DNA of 64,000 bases. Origin: Candidatus Bathyarchaeia archaeon (lineage in GTDB: Archaea; Thermoproteota; Bathyarchaeia; Bathyarchaeales; Bathycorpusculaceae). Positions 50,491 through 59,201 of this stretch are shown here, piece after piece. The position numbers and the translations under genes were made by a program. Under the pieces are notes generated by a model, which ran no database searches, was not told the DNA's origin, and saw nothing but the letters and a program-made list of their open reading frames with translations. The stretch covers positions 32,001-96,000 of the forward strand of contig JAVZLM010000001.1 of NCBI GenBank assembly GCA_038883775.1, read 5' to 3'. The stretch's first letter is position 1. Every line of letters begins with the position of its first letter.

Positions 50491-50907
50491 TCATCCAATT
50501 TTTATTTGTATCGTTATTTCTAGGAATATATATGCTATTAATATGAGGCTAAGTCCCATCAAAAACATCATGTAGGCTTGTCTTGGTTTGTAAGCATATT
50601 TTGTGCTTTGATAAACTGTCATTAATCCGCCAACGCCTAATGCATAGAGGATTGTGGCGACTATGCTGTCTGTTATAAATTGCTCTGATAATTGTGGATA
50701 GAGAAAGATGAAACGTCCACCGTAGTAAACTGCCGGGTAGGGCTTCATTATTATGTTGTATAAGCCTCCTCCAAAAAGGAATATAGCAATTGCAATGGCT
50801 AATATTGAGAGGATAAGCGAGGAAGGCTTTGCTGTTGAAATTTTTCGATAAAATCTGTTTAGTGAATAAGAAAGGGATGTGATTTGTCTCTTAACTCTTC
50901 TTGACAT
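50491..50907 (-). CDS. OSTC/DC2 (OST3/OST6-type) oligosaccharyltransferase accessory subunit-like protein
   Basis: Three TM; GGLYNIIMKP...QFITDSIVATILYALGVGG...IKIG parallels DC2 GGIIYDVIVEP...QYIMEGLASSFLFTMGGLG...MKLPG (DC2 recalled from memory). Confidence 0.65.
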   Translation of the reverse strand: MSRRVKRQITSLSYSLNRFYRKISTAKPSSLILSILAIAIAIFLFGGGLYNIIMKPYPAVYYGGRFIFLYPQLSEQFITDSIVATILYALGVGGLMTVYQSTKYAYKPRQAYMMFLMGLSLILIAYIFLEITIQIKIG

Positions 50908-51124
50908 CTTGTTCTTCACCGCTTTTTATTAGGTATTCCGCCACCTCTCTAGCCCATTCTCCTGTTAACGGATTCTTAACAATCTCACTTAAATACTCTT
51001 TCCAAGAAATTTCTAGAGCTTTCTTCCATAACTCATACTTTTTTGAAATACTCTCATAGGCTTTGGAGTGAAGCTTGCAATAACCATCCTTTTCTGCTTC
51101 TCTACTGCATACTGCGCACTTCAA
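50891..51124 (-). CDS. Small Cys/His zinc-binding protein, translationally coupled to topA
   Basis: CAVC...YCKLH; overlaps both neighbours. Confidence 0.7.
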   Translation of the reverse strand: MKCAVCSREAEKDGYCKLHSKAYESISKKYELWKKALEISWKEYLSEIVKNPLTGEWAREVAEYLIKSGEEQDVKKS

Positions 51125-53201
51125 GTCTTTTCCTCCTCTCCTCTTTTAATGGACATTGCGGGTTAAAGCAAAGCGTCCAAGGTCTCCTTCCCTTCATTCG
51201 AACTTGAACTATGGGCCAGCCGCATCCCCGACAGTTTTTGCCGAGGGGTCTTATTGTGCCCCTCTGTGGCAGCGGGAATGATGCTTTGCATAATCCTTTG
51301 AAATAGTTTGTGCAGCCGACAAAACGCTTGCCTGTTCTTCGCGAATATAGTGTCATGAGTTTTCCTGTGTTGCAGATTGGGCATATGCCTATGGTTCTTT
51401 CTTCAATTCTTGCTCTTTTTATGGCGTTGCTTAGTTGTTCGCCTATTTCTTCTTCTTTCTCCTTCAACTCTTCTACTACTGGTTTGAGAATTTCAACAGC
51501 ATCTATGAGAACTTCTTCCCTTTTCTCATTGTTCACCTGAATCCTATTCATTTTTTCCTCCAGTTCTCTTGTCAACTTTATTGAAACCACTGTTGGGCAA
51601 TGTTTCTCCAAAACCTCCAGAACTTCGAAACCCAAATCTGTTACAACCATTCTTTCGTCTCGGACATACTTTCTATCATAAAGTGTCTGGATAATATCCG
51701 CCCTTGTCGCTTTCGTCCCAATTTCGGCTTCTTCCATTCTTTTTAGGAGACTGCTTGGGTTATATCTGGGAGGTGGTTTTGTGAATTTGCCTTCTAAAAT
51801 GACTTTTTTGATGTTTATTGTTTGTCCCTCTTTTATTTGGGGTAGAATGACTTCCTCTGACCTTATGTAGGGTTCATAAAAGCGCAGCCAACCTTCTTTG
51901 AGGGTTTGTCTTCCCCTGAGGTAAAATCGATTTCCATTCACGTTTATGTAAACTTTCATGCTTTGTCTTATGGCTGGTTCGTCAAAGACTGCCATAAACC
52001 TGCGGATGACAAGGTCCCAAATGTTTCTTTCCGAAGCGTCTAAAGTTCTTTCAGGCAAGTTTCCTGTTGGATAAATGGCTGGGTGAGCGGGATCTTCTTT
52101 CTTTCCTTCTTTTGGTTTTAACTCCTTTTTTGCTAAGAGTTCAGCTGTAAGTTTTTTGTATTCTGAAACTCTGTTTAAGTTTCTTAAAATTGCCTCATAA
52201 TTTATTGAGGGTGGAAGTTTTTGGCTGCTCGTTCTCGGATAAGAAATTAGGGCGTCCAAATATAATCGTTGAGCAATGTTTGAGGTTCTCATTGGGGTAT
52301 ACCCGAAAAGGCTGTAGGCTTCGCTTTGTAAAGCGCCTAAGTCAAAAGGCGTTGGTGGCATCTGCTGGAACTTTTTGTAGTCTATTTTTTCTATTATGCC
52401 ATCTTTTCCTTTGCAAGCGTCATGTATGGCATTTGCCTCTTTTTTGGTTTCGATAATCTTCTTTTCATATTCAGCTTCAAAAACTGAACCGTCTATTTCA
52501 ACTTCTGCCTTTATGCTCCAATATGGAGTTGGCACGAAACATCTTATGGCTTTTTCGCGGGCCACAAGAAATCTGAGGGTTGGACCTTGCACTCTTCCTG
52601 TGCTTAATGTGGCGTATTTTCCACTCCAATCCTTCGCTGCTATTGTTAAAGCCCTTGTGAGGTTAACACCATACAACCAGTCAACTTCATGTCTTGTGCG
52701 TCCAGCCTCTATTAATGCGAAGTCTAAGCGTGGCAGCAGTTCATTGTAGGATTTTTCCAGTTCTTCTTTTGTTAGTGTTGAATACTTCATGCGTTTTGAT
52801 ATAGCTTCTTTGTTTCCGCAAGCGTATTTTAGTATGCTGTATCCTATTATGCTCCCTTCAATGTCATAATCGCATGCGTCAATAAACGCATCGGCATCTT
52901 TTGCCAATTTTGATATGGTTTCCAGCCATGTTCTGATTTGTTTTGCACCCCTTTCAACAGCGTATCTTGGCACCCATCTGAAATTGAAGATTGGATAGTG
53001 ATTTCTTCCGCCGCTTTCTTCTGCCACCGTGTATAAGTGTCCTATGGCTGGAACAACGATTATCTCTTTATCCCTTTTAGCCACGTAATAGGGTACCCCA
53101 TTATCCTCCATTTTTTTGGCTTTTCCTTGAATGTCAAGAGCTGAGGCTATTCTTTGAGCCGCATCGGGTTTCTCGGTTATAATTAATGTGTAGCTTCCCA
53201 T
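51102..53201 (-). CDS. topA: Type IA DNA topoisomerase
   Basis: TEKP, DYDIEG, STGRVQ, ISYPRT (catalytic Tyr), GTKATR, C-terminal zinc ribbons. Confidence 0.96.
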   Translation of the reverse strand: MGSYTLIITEKPDAAQRIASALDIQGKAKKMEDNGVPYYVAKRDKEIIVVPAIGHLYTVAEESGGRNHYPIFNFRWVPRYAVERGAKQIRTWLETISKLAKDADAFIDACDYDIEGSIIGYSILKYACGNKEAISKRMKYSTLTKEELEKSYNELLPRLDFALIEAGRTRHEVDWLYGVNLTRALTIAAKDWSGKYATLSTGRVQGPTLRFLVAREKAIRCFVPTPYWSIKAEVEIDGSVFEAEYEKKIIETKKEANAIHDACKGKDGIIEKIDYKKFQQMPPTPFDLGALQSEAYSLFGYTPMRTSNIAQRLYLDALISYPRTSSQKLPPSINYEAILRNLNRVSEYKKLTAELLAKKELKPKEGKKEDPAHPAIYPTGNLPERTLDASERNIWDLVIRRFMAVFDEPAIRQSMKVYINVNGNRFYLRGRQTLKEGWLRFYEPYIRSEEVILPQIKEGQTINIKKVILEGKFTKPPPRYNPSSLLKRMEEAEIGTKATRADIIQTLYDRKYVRDERMVVTDLGFEVLEVLEKHCPTVVSIKLTRELEEKMNRIQVNNEKREEVLIDAVEILKPVVEELKEKEEEIGEQLSNAIKRARIEERTIGICPICNTGKLMTLYSRRTGKRFVGCTNYFKGLCKASFPLPQRGTIRPLGKNCRGCGWPIVQVRMKGRRPWTLCFNPQCPLKEERRKRLEVRSMQ

Positions 53202-53342
53202 TTTGGCACAAACCATTTGAGGTCTTGGAAATGCTTTCAGAATTAACTTTATTCTAAGATTAAAAGTTTCTGTGAAATTTAATCAGCAACCAATAAATAT
53301 GCCAGAAACTTATTGCTTTATTATCCTTTGGAGCGTATTAAC

Positions 53343-53507
53343 TTGCCCCAACGCGTTATCTGTCAAGGATGCGGTCATATATTATATGAAGGCGCCGAGC
53401 TTAAACCTCCAGATGAAATTTTGCATCAGTATGGTGGAAAATGTCCAAAATGTGGCAAGAAACTTTCTCTCATACCCATAAACGTTGAAGTAAAACCAAT
53501 AAAATAG
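53343..53507 (+). CDS. Small zinc-ribbon protein
   Basis: CQGCG...CPKCG; TTG start after GGAG. Confidence 0.75.
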   Translation: MPQRVICQGCGHILYEGAELKPPDEILHQYGGKCPKCGKKLSLIPINVEVKPIK

Positions 53508-53525
53508 GTTGTTAAGGCGATTTTT

Positions 53526-54671
53526 ATGGATGAAAACCGCAAAACCCAACTTTACGAAATACACAAAAAAACTGCTAAACTGACAGTTTTTGCCGGTTTT
53601 GAAATGCCCCTCTGGTATAAAGGCATAATACAGGAGCATTTGGCTGTCCGCAACAGCGTCGGCGTTTTCGACGTCTCTCATATGGGAAGAATAATGATAA
53701 CGGGCGCTGATGCAGAAAGATTCCTAAACTACGTGATAACAAACGATGTTTCTAAGCTAATGCCTAATAGCGCCCAATACTCAGTAATGTGCAATGAAGA
53801 AGGGGGCATAATAGACGATTTTGTATATTATCGATTGGAAAAAGACAATTTCATGTTTGTCGCTAACGCAGCCAACAGAGAAAAAGACTATAATTGGCTG
53901 ATTAAAAATGCTAAAGGCTTTAATGTTCACATTGAAGAAGTTTCAGACAATGTTGCGATGCTGGCGGTTCAGGGTCCGAACGCTGAAAAAACCCTGCAGA
54001 AAATTTCTCCGGATGATTTAAGCAAGATTGAACGCTTCAAATGCTCCCCTTCGCGCTTAGCAAATGTTGACGTTCTCCTCTCAAGAACAGGATACACAGG
54101 CGAGGATGGATTTGAAGTTTTTATTTGGAACACTCCATTATCTCAGCCAAACAATGCAGTAAAAGTTTGGAATGCCATCCTCGACGCTGGTAAACCCTTC
54201 GGAATTGAACCATGCGGTTTAGGGGCAAGAGATACTTTAAGGCTTGAGGCTGGAATGTGTCTTTATGGAAATGACATTGATGAGAAAACAACTCCTTTGG
54301 AGGCAGCTCTTGGCTTTGTGGTGAAACTTCAAAAGGATAACTTCATGGGAAAAAATGCCTTGTTAAGACAAAAAAGTGAGGGGGTCAAACGAAAGCGTGT
54401 AGGAATCCGCATGGTAGAGCAGGGAATACCTCGACCAAACTTTGAAGTTTACAACAGCGGTAACGATGAAAAAATAGGGTACATAACAAGTGGAACATTT
54501 TCCCCCCTGCTCCAATGCGGCATAGCAATGGCATACATTCAAACATTTCAAGCCCAAGAAGGAAATATCATAAATGTTAAGATTCGAGACAAACTTGTCA
54601 AGGCAAAAATTGTTTCCTTTCCATTTTATGACCCTGAAAAATATGGTTACAAACGAAAAACCACAACATAA
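53526..54671 (+). CDS. gcvT: Glycine cleavage system T protein (aminomethyltransferase)
   Basis: FDVSHMG, AVQGP, RTGYTGEDGFE, GLGARDTLRLEAG. Confidence 0.96.
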   Translation: MDENRKTQLYEIHKKTAKLTVFAGFEMPLWYKGIIQEHLAVRNSVGVFDVSHMGRIMITGADAERFLNYVITNDVSKLMPNSAQYSVMCNEEGGIIDDFVYYRLEKDNFMFVANAANREKDYNWLIKNAKGFNVHIEEVSDNVAMLAVQGPNAEKTLQKISPDDLSKIERFKCSPSRLANVDVLLSRTGYTGEDGFEVFIWNTPLSQPNNAVKVWNAILDAGKPFGIEPCGLGARDTLRLEAGMCLYGNDIDEKTTPLEAALGFVVKLQKDNFMGKNALLRQKSEGVKRKRVGIRMVEQGIPRPNFEVYNSGNDEKIGYITSGTFSPLLQCGIAMAYIQTFQAQEGNIINVKIRDKLVKAKIVSFPFYDPEKYGYKRKTTT

Positions 54672-54781
54672 ACCTCAAGCTTTTAGAAAGACATATAAGA
54701 TTGGCTTACACCATCCTAAACTTTGTTAACCGCAAGGGAAATAAAACACTTCAATAATTGTGTAGAAGAGATGAACTCCAA

Positions 54782-57022
54782 ATGGGGATCAGAGATAAAC
54801 TATCAAAGGAAAATCTTGTTAACAGTTTGAAAAGTTTAGGAAAATTGCGGGTCAAAATAAGTCACGGTTCAATAATGACTTTTTCAGCCTTACTGCTCAT
54901 ACTTTTCATAGCTTTTACCATACGCCTGTTTCCAATGCGCTGGGAAATACAAACGGGAACGATGCATCTTTCAGAGTTTGACCCATACTTCCAGTATCGC
55001 TTCACAGAATACCTGGTAAACAACGGCTTCATCTCCTGGGCTTGGCCGAATCATTGGAATGATACGCAAAGATGGTACCCAAAGGGGATTGATGTTGCAG
55101 CTTTAGGGTTCACAGGGTTACCTATGACAACAGCCATCTTGTATAAGATAGTTTCAGCCTTAGGCGTAAGTATTGATTTGATGAGTTTCTGCGCTTTTAT
55201 GCCGCCCCTAATGGGTATGCTAGCCTCTTTAGCCATCTATTTTTTGGGTAAGGATGTCGGCGGAAAAGTTATGGGGCTATTTGCAGCTCTTTTCTTAGCT
55301 TTAAGTCCTTCTTATATTCAGCGGACATCGCTTGGATTTTTTGATGATGAAATAATTGGAATATTGGCTCTCATTGTTTTTGTATTCATGTTTTTAAGGG
55401 GAATCGAAGAGGATAGACCAGCAAGCTCATCCATTATGTACTCGATTGGCTCAGGATTAGCTTTGGGATATTTCTGTACTGGGTGGGGTGCTGCTTATTA
55501 TCCTCTCGATCTGACAGCGCTCTTCGTGTTTGTTTTGATTTTAATTAGGAGATACACCTCTCGTTTGCTTTGGTCCTTCAGCATAACATTTGGATTGGGA
55601 TTGTTTTTTGCGATAAGTATTCCTAGGCTTACGCCAACATATCTGACTCAAACAGCTATTTTGCCAGTGGCAGGAGTTTTCGCAATTCTTTGCTTCGTTG
55701 AAGTTTTTCGCACTTTAAAATCAGCACGATCAAAAGTTATTTTCTTTATAGCTATCGCAGCAGCTTTTATTGGTGGTTTTGGTCTGCTTTGGCAATACCA
55801 GCGGGGTATAGCGGGAAAGTTTATCTCTGTTATTAATCCATTTACGCGGGAGGCTTCTCCGCTTATAGAGTCTGTGGCTGAACATAGAATTTCAGCTTGG
55901 GGTTCAATATATTATGAATTCGGCATAGGGATAATATTTTTCATTTTGGGTCTGTATTTTATTTTGAGAAACCTTAACAACAAAAACCTATTTCTCTTAA
56001 TTTTTGGTTTAACCTCTCTTTACTTTGCCTGCTCTATGGTGCGATTGTTTGTGCTTATGGCTCCAGCATATAGTCTTGTGGCAGCAACAGGTGTTGTTGG
56101 GATATTGAAGCCATTTAACACTTTATTAAAAGAACCGCCGAAGATTAGCATTAAAAAACACGGTTTAGAGCATGTTGGAAAAGAATTCAGTGGAACAGCC
56201 ATATTTCTAATATTCATTGTGTTAATGACCAACTTTTCATTTCCATCGCCGAGAGTGTACAAGCAATCTTATTCTCCAGTTACCATAACTGCAGGAAGCC
56301 TTCCAATAGCGCCCAATAAGCCAGTGAACGAGTGGCTGGATATGTTAGCGTGGGTTAGAACAAACCTTGAGGCTACAGATGTTGTGGTTAGCTGGTGGGA
56401 TTATGGGTATTGGCTTACGGTGTTAGGCAATGTGACTTCGCTTGCAGACAACGCCACAATAGACACTAGACAGATTGAAAATATAGGCTTTGTATTTATG
56501 GCTAATGAGACACAAGCATTAAAAATGTTAGAGTTATATGATCCAAAACGCACAAAGTACATACTTGTTTTCACAACACTTCTTTTAGGACAGACTGAGG
56601 GACAGAATTATGCTTATTGGGCTGGTTATGGCGATGAGGGAAAATGGATGTGGATGGCAAGAATTTCAGGGAAAGCACGAGATCGCTTTATCGATAAAGG
56701 GTTCATCGACGCAGGAGAAGCTTGGACTGACGAAACAACCTTTGGATACTATAACAGTACTCAGAATAGGTGGATATGGAATGATCGTGGAACAAACTCA
56801 ACAATTTATAAGTTGATGAGTTGGGCAAAGCATCGTTGGTGCGAAACTAATGGTGTGACCGAAATCTCACAAGAAGCACCAGTGCAGCCGCAATATTTCA
56901 AGGAGGTTTTCTTTGCTGGATTATCCCTCTCTGTGAGCGATGCCAGAAACAAATATGGTGGCTTTGTTCCGCTTGTATGTCTCTATGAAATTGATTGGCA
57001 AAAATATTACTCTAGTCAATAA
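54782..57022 (+). CDS. aglB: Oligosaccharyltransferase AglB/STT3
   Basis: EFDPYF, FFDDE, SVAEH, WWDYG, ADNAT, DEGKW. Confidence 0.96.
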   Translation: MGIRDKLSKENLVNSLKSLGKLRVKISHGSIMTFSALLLILFIAFTIRLFPMRWEIQTGTMHLSEFDPYFQYRFTEYLVNNGFISWAWPNHWNDTQRWYPKGIDVAALGFTGLPMTTAILYKIVSALGVSIDLMSFCAFMPPLMGMLASLAIYFLGKDVGGKVMGLFAALFLALSPSYIQRTSLGFFDDEIIGILALIVFVFMFLRGIEEDRPASSSIMYSIGSGLALGYFCTGWGAAYYPLDLTALFVFVLILIRRYTSRLLWSFSITFGLGLFFAISIPRLTPTYLTQTAILPVAGVFAILCFVEVFRTLKSARSKVIFFIAIAAAFIGGFGLLWQYQRGIAGKFISVINPFTREASPLIESVAEHRISAWGSIYYEFGIGIIFFILGLYFILRNLNNKNLFLLIFGLTSLYFACSMVRLFVLMAPAYSLVAATGVVGILKPFNTLLKEPPKISIKKHGLEHVGKEFSGTAIFLIFIVLMTNFSFPSPRVYKQSYSPVTITAGSLPIAPNKPVNEWLDMLAWVRTNLEATDVVVSWWDYGYWLTVLGNVTSLADNATIDTRQIENIGFVFMANETQALKMLELYDPKRTKYILVFTTLLLGQTEGQNYAYWAGYGDEGKWMWMARISGKARDRFIDKGFIDAGEAWTDETTFGYYNSTQNRWIWNDRGTNSTIYKLMSWAKHRWCETNGVTEISQEAPVQPQYFKEVFFAGLSLSVSDARNKYGGFVPLVCLYEIDWQKYYSSQ

Positions 57023-57035
57023 AGGAAGCGATAGT

Positions 57036-57905
57036 TTGTTTCCAAAAGTTCCAGACTACCACAAACCAAACAGGCCTTTAGTTCCAAACGGTTTAGGCGT
57101 AATCTACGTTTTAGCCAGCGTAGCCTACCTATTTGCCTTATACTATTTTAATGAACCTCCAGCATCTAACAACGTTTCTTCAGCATTGACATTGGCTGTT
57201 TGCATTTTATTTGGAGGTTTTATGGGCTTGCTTGATGACTGGATGGATTTACGGTGGCGTTATAAAGCTTTCTTACCTCTCATAGCTTCTATACCGCTTG
57301 TTTCGTTAGCAACACGCCTTGGGCTGCGGACATCCATAACCATTCCAATTTTTGGGCCAGTAAATTTTGGACTTTCATATTATTTTATAATCATTCCACT
57401 AATCGTAACTATAACCACCAACACTGTGAATCAACTTGGCGGACTGAACGGTTTAGAAACAATTCCGCCGGCCATCATTCTAATGATTTTGATGAGTATT
57501 TCAGGGGCGCATGCTGTCCTCTTGTATGTTCCCTTAATAGTTTGGCTTTTGCTATGCTTTTTTAATTTTCAAGGTAAGATCTTTGTTGGAAACATCGGGT
57601 CTTTTGCTGTTGGAATAACATTGGCAGCCTTTGCCATAATCTCTGATTTGAAGTCTGTTTTGCTCATTTCCATTTTACCTTACATTTTTAATTCTTCACT
57701 GATTTTATTGAATTACTTCCTCTTTAGAACTAGGGCGCGGGTCTCCTTTGATGGGGAGAAGCTTTTTTCTGATAATCGGCGAAGCCTTATTACCCTAATT
57801 ACTTATAAGCGACGCTTGACAGAACGGCAAGTGGTTGTGGCAATCTCCCTTTTATTTGTAGCTTCTACTCTGGCTGCTTTGCTGTTTCATTGGCTTTTCT
57901 CGTAG
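57036..57905 (+). CDS. MraY/GPT-family polyprenyl-phosphate HexNAc-1-phosphate transferase (AglH/Alg7-like)
   Basis: DYHKP, GLLDDW, NTVNQLGGLNGLE, IFVGNIGS; start uncertain. Confidence 0.85.
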   Translation: MFPKVPDYHKPNRPLVPNGLGVIYVLASVAYLFALYYFNEPPASNNVSSALTLAVCILFGGFMGLLDDWMDLRWRYKAFLPLIASIPLVSLATRLGLRTSITIPIFGPVNFGLSYYFIIIPLIVTITTNTVNQLGGLNGLETIPPAIILMILMSISGAHAVLLYVPLIVWLLLCFFNFQGKIFVGNIGSFAVGITLAAFAIISDLKSVLLISILPYIFNSSLILLNYFLFRTRARVSFDGEKLFSDNRRSLITLITYKRRLTERQVVVAISLLFVASTLAALLFHWLFS

Positions 57906-58034
57906 CGACTGTGTTGTGTGTATGTTTTGTGACACACAAAAGGCAAAAATCAGTTTTCTGTGAGGCTTACTACGGAGGGTTAGAGAAGCAACTGACTATA
58001 CATTTAATGTGGGGAATCAATTATTTGTCCAACG

Positions 58035-58508
58035 TTGTATGTTCCTAATGCTTCGGTTAAGGTAGAAATAACCAGCCTTGCTGGCGTTCGTTTAGACGTT
58101 AAAAGCATAGCTGAAAGTGTAAATTTTGATGTTAAGGCGAAATTGGAAGAGAAGGAACGCAAAAGCCAAATGGTCATTGTAGATTTCAAACTGTTTTTAA
58201 CAACAAAACCAAGCCTTGTAAAATTTGAAATTGAAGGCATGGCAACCTTAAGCGGAAAGGATGCTGAAATAAACAAAATGTTGGAGGTTGACTCAGAAAC
58301 CAAAGTTCCTTATGTCTTTCAAAGAATTTACCAAACAGCTTTTACAGCCATGTACCTCCTATCCACAATCTTAAATGTGCCACCACCACCTCATGATTTG
58401 CTCTTTTCCCATAAAGAAGGCATTCCAGTCGAAGACGTAACAGTCAAAATAGCCCCAGAAGCTACGGAATCTGTGGAAGTTCAAACTGGAACTGAACAAA
58501 GGGAGTAA
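58035..58508 (+). CDS. Hypothetical protein, SecB-like fold suspected
   Basis: Four alternating beta strands, a helix, then NVPPPP. Confidence 0.6.
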   Translation: MYVPNASVKVEITSLAGVRLDVKSIAESVNFDVKAKLEEKERKSQMVIVDFKLFLTTKPSLVKFEIEGMATLSGKDAEINKMLEVDSETKVPYVFQRIYQTAFTAMYLLSTILNVPPPPHDLLFSHKEGIPVEDVTVKIAPEATESVEVQTGTEQRE

Positions 58509-58573
58509 TATGGTTCCTTTTTTAATTTGTGTGCTTCAGAAAAATTAATAATTTTAAAAGTTATGGATAAAGT

Positions 58574-58631
58574 GTGGCGGGTGAGTGGGCCTCCACCCGT
58601 TCCGCCATAAAAACCCCGGTGTAGGAGGTGA
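58574..58631 (+). promoter_or_regulatory. Structured 5' leader (candidate riboswitch) of the queT-family gene
   Basis: GTGGCGG/CCGCCAT stem, inner GTGG/CCAC hairpin, AUAAAAAC tract, CCUCC complementary to the GGAGG SD. Confidence 0.45.
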
Positions 58632-58635
58632 AAAA

Positions 58636-59196
58636 TTGAAATTTGACGCTAGAGACATAGCTTTAACAGCAGTTTTTGCAGCTTTATATGCTGTTCTTGT
58701 GGCGATTCAAGGGTTGAGTGCTGCAGCTAGCATCCAACTTCGTTTCGCTGATTGTCTTATTCCATTATCCGCTCTTTTCGGGTGGCCTGCTATTGTAGGG
58801 GTAAGTTTGGGATGTAGTGTTGGCAATGCCGCAACTTCCGCTGCTCTTCCAAACGGTATTTATGATGTCGCTTTTGGACCTATAGCTAATTTGATTGCTG
58901 GTTCTTTGATTTATGTGCTGAGAAATAGACGGCTAGTAGGCTGTGTGATGGGGTCAATGGTTATCGGCGTTTTCGTTGGCAGTTACATTTGGATGATATT
59001 TGGGGCTCCGTCAAACTTTTTTGGCATCGAGTTTCCAGCAGCTTGGCCTATCTGGGTAACAAGTATAGTGAGTATCACTGCAAGCAGTTTAGTGGCAATA
59101 GCAATAATTGGATATGCCCTACTAACAGCCTTAAGCAAACCAAACATCATAGAAGCATTGAAATCAAAGGGACTAAAAGTTGCTGCAGAAAAGTAA
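58636..59196 (+). CDS. queT: QueT-family (COG4708) ECF-type S-component transporter
   Basis: AVFAALYAVL, IQLRFADCL, GVSLGC..GN, DVAFG; TTG start after GGAGGTGA. Confidence 0.85.
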   Translation: MKFDARDIALTAVFAALYAVLVAIQGLSAAASIQLRFADCLIPLSALFGWPAIVGVSLGCSVGNAATSAALPNGIYDVAFGPIANLIAGSLIYVLRNRRLVGCVMGSMVIGVFVGSYIWMIFGAPSNFFGIEFPAAWPIWVTSIVSITASSLVAIAIIGYALLTALSKPNIIEALKSKGLKVAAEK

Positions 59197-59201
59197 GAGA
59201 A

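Noticed and set aside
57945-58003. Possible hairpin or guide RNA (TCAGTT...AACTGA) between the GPT-like and SecB-like genes
   Set aside because: Pairing is weak and no convincing C/D or H/ACA box set was found; insufficient support
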